NCBI GenBank assembly: GCA_965140415.1
Contig: OZ223209.1
Location: 4,096,001-4,160,000 of the forward strand
Direction: 5' to 3'
Source: Myxococcota bacterium
GTDB lineage: Bacteria > Myxococcota_A > SURF-8
Length of the DNA stretch: 64,000 bases
Shown: positions 58,285 to 64,000 of the stretch, one piece after another
Numbering within the stretch: the stretch's first letter is position 1
How the letters are laid out: each line of letters begins with the position of its first letter
Made by a program: the position numbers and the translations under genes
Notes under the pieces: model-generated
Told to the model about the DNA's origin: nothing
The model's database searches: none
The model's input: the letters and a program-made list of their open reading frames with translations, nothing else

Positions 58285-59561
58285 GGCAACCTCTATTAAT
58301 GCGTTTTGAGACCGGCGAATTTCACATTTCCTATATTTCAGTTTGAGTTCCAATTTGTTTTACGGATTTCGATGCGTATCCGCCATAGCTTTTCGGATAC
58401 TTTCACATAGGGCTGAAGAGATCCGCCGCGATGCACCCCGATTCATCCCACCGTAGGCGCCAAACCGGCGTAACGGTCCAGGTTGTAGGCCAGATTGCGC
58501 AGGCCGATCTTGACGCTCGCCCGCAACAGCCCCACCGCGTGGACGATCCCATCGCCTGCTCGCTTCGCCTGAATCCCGAACACATGCTCCACTCGACTGC
58601 GTATCCTGGCGCGCGTGCGGTTGCCTCTTTGCTCCCAATCCGTCAAGGGCCGATTGCGATAGCCTTTGCTTTGCAGGTGCTCACGGAAGCCTTTGGCCTT
58701 CAAGTTCTGCCTCTTCTCCTCCGAACGATAGGCGGAATCGGCACATACGTCACGGCTGGTGTTGGATTCATCCAACAACTCCTCGAACACCTGGCTGTCG
58801 TGAACCGCCGCGTCGGTCACGGCGTAGCTCCGGACGAACTTGTGTTTCACATCCACGGATATGTGATTCTTGTAACCATAGTAGGTGACACCGCGTTTCT
58901 TCGTCCAGCGCGCATCCACATCCTTCTGCCGCCGCTTCGCGTCGCTCCAGTCGTCGGGTGCATCGCCTCGCTTGATCTTCTCGTTCTCATCCCGACGGTT
59001 GCGCTGTTTGGGCACGGACACGATACTCGCGTCCACGATCTGGCCCTTCTGCGCCGCAAAGCCGTGCTCGGTCAGAAACGTATTGAACTGCACGAAAATC
59101 GTTTCGACCAGCCCGGCCTCCTTCAACCGTTCCCGAAACAGCCAGATGGTTTTGGCGTCCGGCACGGCGTCACCGAGTTCCAGCCCCACGAAACGCATGA
59201 AGGAAAGGCGGTCGAGCACCTGCTGCTCGGTCTGGTCGTCGGAGAGATTGTAGAGCGACTGCAACACCAGCATCTTGAACATCAGGATCACATCGAAAGG
59301 TTTGCGCCCGGCCGTGCTTTTGCGCTCTTTCTCGTGAATCGTCTCAAGCTCCTCGCGAAAAGATTCCCACTCAATCAGTGCATTCAGCTTGATCAACGGG
59401 TCGCCGTTGCGGTCGATCTTTTTCAGGCGGAACTGTAAATCGAAGAGACCGGGGGACGACATGGCAAAAGACCTTTCAATAGTTGGGAAGAGCGATAATA
59501 CTGAGTATATCAGACAATCATTTTCACTTCATGGAAATTCAGTTCATTTTTAGAGGTAGCC
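58285..59561 (-). mobile_element. IS5-family insertion sequence (1277 bp)
   Basis: 17-bp terminal IRs GGCAACCTCTATTAATG and (reverse complement) GGCTACCTCTAAAAATG, 14/17 match. Flanks TTTA/TTCA are not a perfect duplication. Confidence 0.9.
58443..59462 (-). CDS. IS5-family DDE transposase
   Basis: GRKPFD, YNLSD, DRLSFMRF, PDAKTIWLFRE, IVDAS, YGYKNH, ADSAY, RSRVEHVFG. Confidence 0.93.
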   Translation of the reverse strand: MSSPGLFDLQFRLKKIDRNGDPLIKLNALIEWESFREELETIHEKERKSTAGRKPFDVILMFKMLVLQSLYNLSDDQTEQQVLDRLSFMRFVGLELGDAVPDAKTIWLFRERLKEAGLVETIFVQFNTFLTEHGFAAQKGQIVDASIVSVPKQRNRRDENEKIKRGDAPDDWSDAKRRQKDVDARWTKKRGVTYYGYKNHISVDVKHKFVRSYAVTDAAVHDSQVFEELLDESNTSRDVCADSAYRSEEKRQNLKAKGFREHLQSKGYRNRPLTDWEQRGNRTRARIRSRVEHVFGIQAKRAGDGIVHAVGLLRASVKIGLRNLAYNLDRYAGLAPTVG

Positions 59562-59720
59562 TTCAGACGACTGAAACACCTCAAAAAGGCTTCATCCCAT
59601 CTGATTCCTGCTGATTCCGGGTCGTAGAGCCAAGTTACAGCACGAGGACAGCACGAGATGCTGGAAGGAGAGAATCATGATTTGTACCCGATGTGGAGCA
59701 ATTGCCGATGGTACGGTAGA

Positions 59721-60110
59721 AGGTCTACCGCGTCACCGGTCTTTTGCCTGGCCAGTTCCGCCAGCGATATACCAACCAGCCCCTCGGTCGTGACGAGCGC
59801 AAGCGCCTGGTCATCTCTTGCGTGGACAACATGGCGGCTCGCCGGACGATCTGGGAACAGGCAAAGGCGCAAGGCACACGCTCGAAACCGATCACCGTCA
59901 TTGATCCGCGTCAGGGCGGCGAGTACATCGTGATCTACACCGCCAAGTCCCACGGCGACCTGATGGGTGCGCAAGCTTACGAGGATACGCTGCACCCGGC
60001 GGAGGAGTCCATGCAGTTGCCATGCACGGCGCGGGCGGTGATCTACAACTCGATGCTTACCGGCGCGCTGGTGGCCATCCTGGTGAAGAAGCACGCTCGA
60101 GGAGAACCAC
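59721..60110 (+). pseudogene. Internal fragment of a second ThiF copy, inverted relative to 11544-12266
   Basis: VYRVTGLLPGQFR..LVISCVDN..IDPRQGGEYIVIYTAKSHGDLMGAQ..LVKKHA is near-identical to the intact gene; N-terminal and C-terminal parts are missing. Confidence 0.9.
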
Positions 60111-60116
60111 TACATG

Positions 60117-60225
60117 CTGACCTGGGTGCAGTGAACCAGCCATCAGTTTAATGGATGGTTGCCGACATCCCGTTGGAAGAACCGAATCAGCTCATTCTGA
60201 AGTTCATCACTACCGGGAACTCGCA
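60117..60225 (-). pseudogene. Relic of the 3' end and downstream flank of a paralog of the 49720-50640 hydrolase
   Basis: VPGSDELQNELIRFFQRDVGNHPLN versus VPGSDVLLNELIRFFSGDVRNAPSD; similarity continues about 26 bp past the stop (to 50666). Confidence 0.75.
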
Positions 60226-60471
60226 CGCAACTTAGGTCTTCTAAGGACAAGGACCTCTCATATATTGGGAGAGCTAAAGAATCAATAGGGGTCCCAAAAA
60301 GCGAAGGGGAAAGTCGGCTCTGTGACCCCCCTAAAGATATCCAGAATGGCAAAGTTCTCTGTTTTGTTGGCACTCAAAAACTAGCTTCACTCCCCAGTGT
60401 AAGAAAATGCTGTGTATGAAATTCCGATACTACACTGGAACACGTATGGCTTTCCGAGAGAATATCAGATT

Positions 60472-63240
60472 CTATCTAAACAGGCGGGGCTTGAAGCCTG
60501 ATCTTTCTTTTTTCCGCGACAAGTGAAGAGCCGCCAATAAAAACAATAGAAGCATTGCCCATCCGTTTTCGGAATCATTCGCCAGCCAGCAGCCACCCGA
60601 TCCTTCAGAGTCGGAAGGAGAACCGGCGGGCTCGGATTCGTCTGGCTCCGTATCGCCATTGAAAGCATCGTCCGTATCGCCGTCCGTGGTTGGCAGACTG
60701 CATTCGTACGGGGTGTCCAGCCGGGTTTCGGGCAATACGCAGAGGTGGCGGTCGAAGAGCTCCGGGTTGTAATACGCCATGGCGGTGAGGTAGGTCAGCG
60801 TCGCTGCCCAGAGATGCGGGTTGGCGACCTGTTGCTCGTAGACGCCGTTGCTATAAAGAAAGACTTCGCCGTAGTGGCGTGTTTGCGGGGTGGGAAGGTC
60901 GTGGGTTTGGATACGGAGTGCTTCGGCCAGTGTTTCACGATCTTCGCTGTCGCCGAGGGCGAGCGCTGCGGCTAGCGTGACTTTGTTCAGATACGAGCCG
61001 CCATCCGTTTCGCCTCGCAAGACAGCCAGCACGTCATCGAGGTTGATACGCATCTGTTCCTTGGATTTCGCTTCTTTGAAGTCGAAAAGTCTGCCGGGCC
61101 AGATCGCCGTGCTGGAGGCGGCGTGCAGGTTGCTTCCGGGATGGCCGGACAGATTGCGGCGTTCTAGCAGCAGGCCGCTTTCCGAGTCGACGAGATGGGT
61201 GAGGATAGCCTCGCGCAACTCTTCCGCGCGCGCTTCGTAGGCATCTGCCTCCGCGTCGTGTTCGAGCGCACGCGCGATCTTGGCGGCATTGACGAGGCCT
61301 GCGAAGATGGGGCCCGCGCCGAAAAGTGTTGAGGTGTAGGCCGGGTTGTCGTTTTCGTTGGCAGGAGCGGCCAGTCCGGTCTCGGGATCGCGCCAGCGTG
61401 TAAGGAGATCCGCGCCAAGCTTGACCGTAGGCCAGACATCTTTCAGATAAGCGGTTCGGGCGTCGTCGCCTTCGATATATCCCGCGTGATAGCCGTAGTT
61501 CCACAGCAGAAAAGCGGTGTTGTCGATCTCATAGCGAATGAAGCCACCGATCATGCCATCGGCATAGTAATTCATTTCCCAGGCTCCGGCCGGATAGGTT
61601 TCGCTTTCGGGATCGTCCGGGTCCAGCGGCGGCGGCGCGTCGATCAAGGCCTCGGGCTCGGCGGGACTTTTCCTCTGCCAGGCAGCATAGTTGAGCATGC
61701 GCCTCGTAACGAGGTCATGGAGCCCGGCCGCATCGAGCGCTGCATTGAAGAAAGCGCCGTCGCGCGGCCAGTCCTCGCCGTATGCGGGTTGGCGGCTTAG
61801 CGAGGCTACGATCGCGCCGGTGTTTCGGTCGGTCCCGACCAGCAGGTTAACCAGCGTGCGGCGGCAAAAAGCGAGTATGTCGGCATCGTCTGTGTCGGGA
61901 AGCCGAAGCGGTTCAATGCGCGCCATCCAATCGCTGAGTGTCGAATCCAGGTGGTCCTGGAAATCGCTGGCGCGGGCGTGGCTCAATAAAGCGGCCACCT
62001 CCGAAGCGGTGTCGGCGAATCCGAGGTAAAGCGTGGCCTGTTTTCCTTCCGGGCTGCTCACAAGTGTCAGTTCCATCGCGCTGTTGACCTGTCCAGCGGC
62101 GACGTGCGAGCCACCGAGACCGTCTGGTGCGTCCGAGTAAGCATCTTCGGCCTCATATACCCAGCCCTCGCTTTCCCGAACGGCTTCAAGAGCTGGTTTC
62201 ACGCACCGAAGCATGTCGAGCGCGCTCAGGTCCATCGGATCCGCTTCGGGAAAACGTTCGGGGAGCAACAGGATGTTCTCTCCCAGTTCATCGATGGCGG
62301 CGCAAAGCTCTGTGGTGTCGAATCCTATCTGGACGGAGCGGTCCGATACTTTGGCTGCTCCGGACATAGCTATGTATACACCCGGCGCATATTGGGTTTC
62401 CAGGTCGGCGGCGAGTTTGGCCACTGCGTCAGCCGGGATGCTTTCCTCCTGAAGCAGCGTGCCGATCGGGCCGTAGTCGATGGCGGGCGGGATCACGAGA
62501 TCAATCAGGCTGGCGACCTGTCCGGTATCACCAGGCCGGAAGTGGAAGAGAATATCCCGGGCAGCATCGTAAATGGCTGCGAAGTCGTTTCTGGGGTCGA
62601 GTGCCCAATCTGCTATTGGGAGCTTTGGAACGCGGGCGAGTGTGGGCGAAAGATTGGCGTAAGCGATGAGGGAAAGGGGGTCGGCCTGTGCGCCATCTTT
62701 TTGGGTGACATGGACATGACGCGCAAGTACGTCAGTATCCGAGAGAACCAGATCGGTTACGTGAACGGTGATGCCGAGGTTGTCGTTCGTAAGCGTGGTG
62801 ACCACAACAGGTGCGAACTCCGATGCGTAGGAAAGTGATGAGATCCAGCCTTCTCCGCGCAGCCACGTGAAGCGTTCCTCTTCTCCCACCCGATAGCGAA
62901 GGCCGAAAAACGCGCCCATGCCTTCCTTCGCACCGAAACGGGGCCAGGAACGGGCATCCGGGTGATTACTGGTGATGTATGCCAGCTGATCGGTGTAGCT
63001 GGGTGATGGCCAGGTAAGCACACTCAATTCGCCGAATGCGCTAAGTCCGGCAGACAGCCCACCGTTACCGGCGATGGCGTGCACGTTTGTGGCTCCCATC
63101 AAGTGTTCGTTGATGGGAAGGCTGCTCCAATTCTCTGAGGCCGATAAAGGCGCACAGAAAAGAAATAACGAGAACGCGAGCGATACGATGCGTAGTCGGT
63201 GCGGAACGATGGGAGCTGAAGACACTGTATTGATCGGCAT
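60472..63240 (-). CDS. GH15-like (alpha/alpha)6 glycoside hydrolase with DGD linker and GGC-TM-basic C-terminal anchor
   Basis: Signal peptide; GAIVASL..YGEDWPRDGAF, YEIDN, PHLWAA; C-terminus GSGGCW..MLLLFLLAALHLSRKK. Confidence 0.75.
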   Translation of the reverse strand: MPINTVSSAPIVPHRLRIVSLAFSLFLFCAPLSASENWSSLPINEHLMGATNVHAIAGNGGLSAGLSAFGELSVLTWPSPSYTDQLAYITSNHPDARSWPRFGAKEGMGAFFGLRYRVGEEERFTWLRGEGWISSLSYASEFAPVVVTTLTNDNLGITVHVTDLVLSDTDVLARHVHVTQKDGAQADPLSLIAYANLSPTLARVPKLPIADWALDPRNDFAAIYDAARDILFHFRPGDTGQVASLIDLVIPPAIDYGPIGTLLQEESIPADAVAKLAADLETQYAPGVYIAMSGAAKVSDRSVQIGFDTTELCAAIDELGENILLLPERFPEADPMDLSALDMLRCVKPALEAVRESEGWVYEAEDAYSDAPDGLGGSHVAAGQVNSAMELTLVSSPEGKQATLYLGFADTASEVAALLSHARASDFQDHLDSTLSDWMARIEPLRLPDTDDADILAFCRRTLVNLLVGTDRNTGAIVASLSRQPAYGEDWPRDGAFFNAALDAAGLHDLVTRRMLNYAAWQRKSPAEPEALIDAPPPLDPDDPESETYPAGAWEMNYYADGMIGGFIRYEIDNTAFLLWNYGYHAGYIEGDDARTAYLKDVWPTVKLGADLLTRWRDPETGLAAPANENDNPAYTSTLFGAGPIFAGLVNAAKIARALEHDAEADAYEARAEELREAILTHLVDSESGLLLERRNLSGHPGSNLHAASSTAIWPGRLFDFKEAKSKEQMRINLDDVLAVLRGETDGGSYLNKVTLAAALALGDSEDRETLAEALRIQTHDLPTPQTRHYGEVFLYSNGVYEQQVANPHLWAATLTYLTAMAYYNPELFDRHLCVLPETRLDTPYECSLPTTDGDTDDAFNGDTEPDESEPAGSPSDSEGSGGCWLANDSENGWAMLLLFLLAALHLSRKKERSGFKPRLFR

Positions 63241-63387
63241 AAGCTTCCTTCGACCTCCTGATCTTGTCCTACTATTCGTTACTATAACCGTTCATACTAC
63301 TGTAAAGCTTTGAAATCAAACGTTTTCACAAACAAAAGTCTCGTTTGGACAAACCTGTCGACCGACGATCCTGGATTCGCATAGAAA

Positions 63388-63535
63388 CTACGCAGCACGG
63401 CATCGCAATCGCCTGATCCGCGGCAGGATTTCCTTGAAGACATCCCTGGAGACGGTCACCTCCGCCATCTGGAAAGTCGTGTAACGACCGCTTCGGACGA
63501 CCTCCGCCCCAATCTTGATCAGCTTCACCAACTGG
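63388..63535 (-). pseudogene. IS1380-family transposase C-terminal relic
   Basis: KLIKIGAEVVRSGRYTTFQMAEVTVSRDVFKEILPRIRRL matches the typical IS1380 tail. Confidence 0.72.
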
Positions 63536-63559
63536 ATCCGTTGGAGCGGTATCGGTGAA

Positions 63560-64000
63560 CGAGGGGGCGCCATCATTGTCCTGATGGCAACCCTTGCGCC
63601 GATCTGCACACGTCCGACCGGATCTTCTCGGCCGGAAAGAGCGTGATGGCGACGCTCGTCGGATTCGCCGTCCAGGACGGGCGGCTGGATGTCGCCGATG
63701 TCGTTTCCGACATACTCGACGAGGACTGGTCCAGCGCGCCGGAGGAGAAGAAACGCCTCATCACCGTGGAGCATCTTCTGACCATGACCAGTGGCCTGAA
63801 TATCCTCGGCGGCTATGTGGGCGATGCGGGCACCATCTGGAATTACAACACGGCGGTTTACAAGAAGCTGCGGGACGTGCTGGAAGCTGTCACGCTGCAA
63901 GACCTTAACGACTACGCCGACTACCGCCTCTACAACCGCATCGGGATGCGCGAATCAAACTGGCGGGCCACGACCGTGATGGAGGCCAGCGTGCGCGACA
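63560..64000 (+). pseudogene. Beta-lactamase-like serine hydrolase, 5' disrupted, runs off the window
   Basis: Frame from 63601: IFSAGKSV (SxxK), ITVEHLLTMTSGL, WNYNT. In-frame TGA at 63556 with no ATG before SxxK; a hydrophobic stretch GAIIVLMATLA lies in another frame. Confidence 0.65.

Noticed and set aside
58431-59438. 335-aa plus-strand ORF
   Set aside because: Antisense shadow of the IS5 transposase.

Overview
Accessory, mosaic region of a GC-rich bacterium. Its many acidic 'DGD'-linker and Cys-rich lipoproteins and GGC+TM+basic C-terminal anchors suggest a Myxococcota/deltaproteobacterial lineage (inference). The left end (<1-8650) looks like a defence island: a large STAND/NACHT NTPase with an N-terminal TM helix (missed by the ORF track because it runs off the window), a fused Type IIG-like restriction-modification gene with an AT-rich target-recognition segment, an AT-rich three-gene operon (graspetide-like precursor, ATP-grasp ligase, TM protein) and an XRE regulator. 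The operon is the best candidate for an undescribed system. The rest holds a DUF2958-ThiF mobile-backbone module, CheB/CheR plus a 7-PAS hybrid kinase, many surface lipoproteins (LamG, Asp-box, DUF1566, 141-bp Cys repeats), a TIGR02147 cassette between 194-bp direct repeats next to a serine-recombinase relic, an OmpR-type two-component system, a ~14 kb cluster of lipoprotein hydrolases/oxidoreductases, mtfA, padR-doxX-chrA, two IS elements and many short diverged gene-end relics. No CRISPR array, rRNA or intact tRNA was seen.
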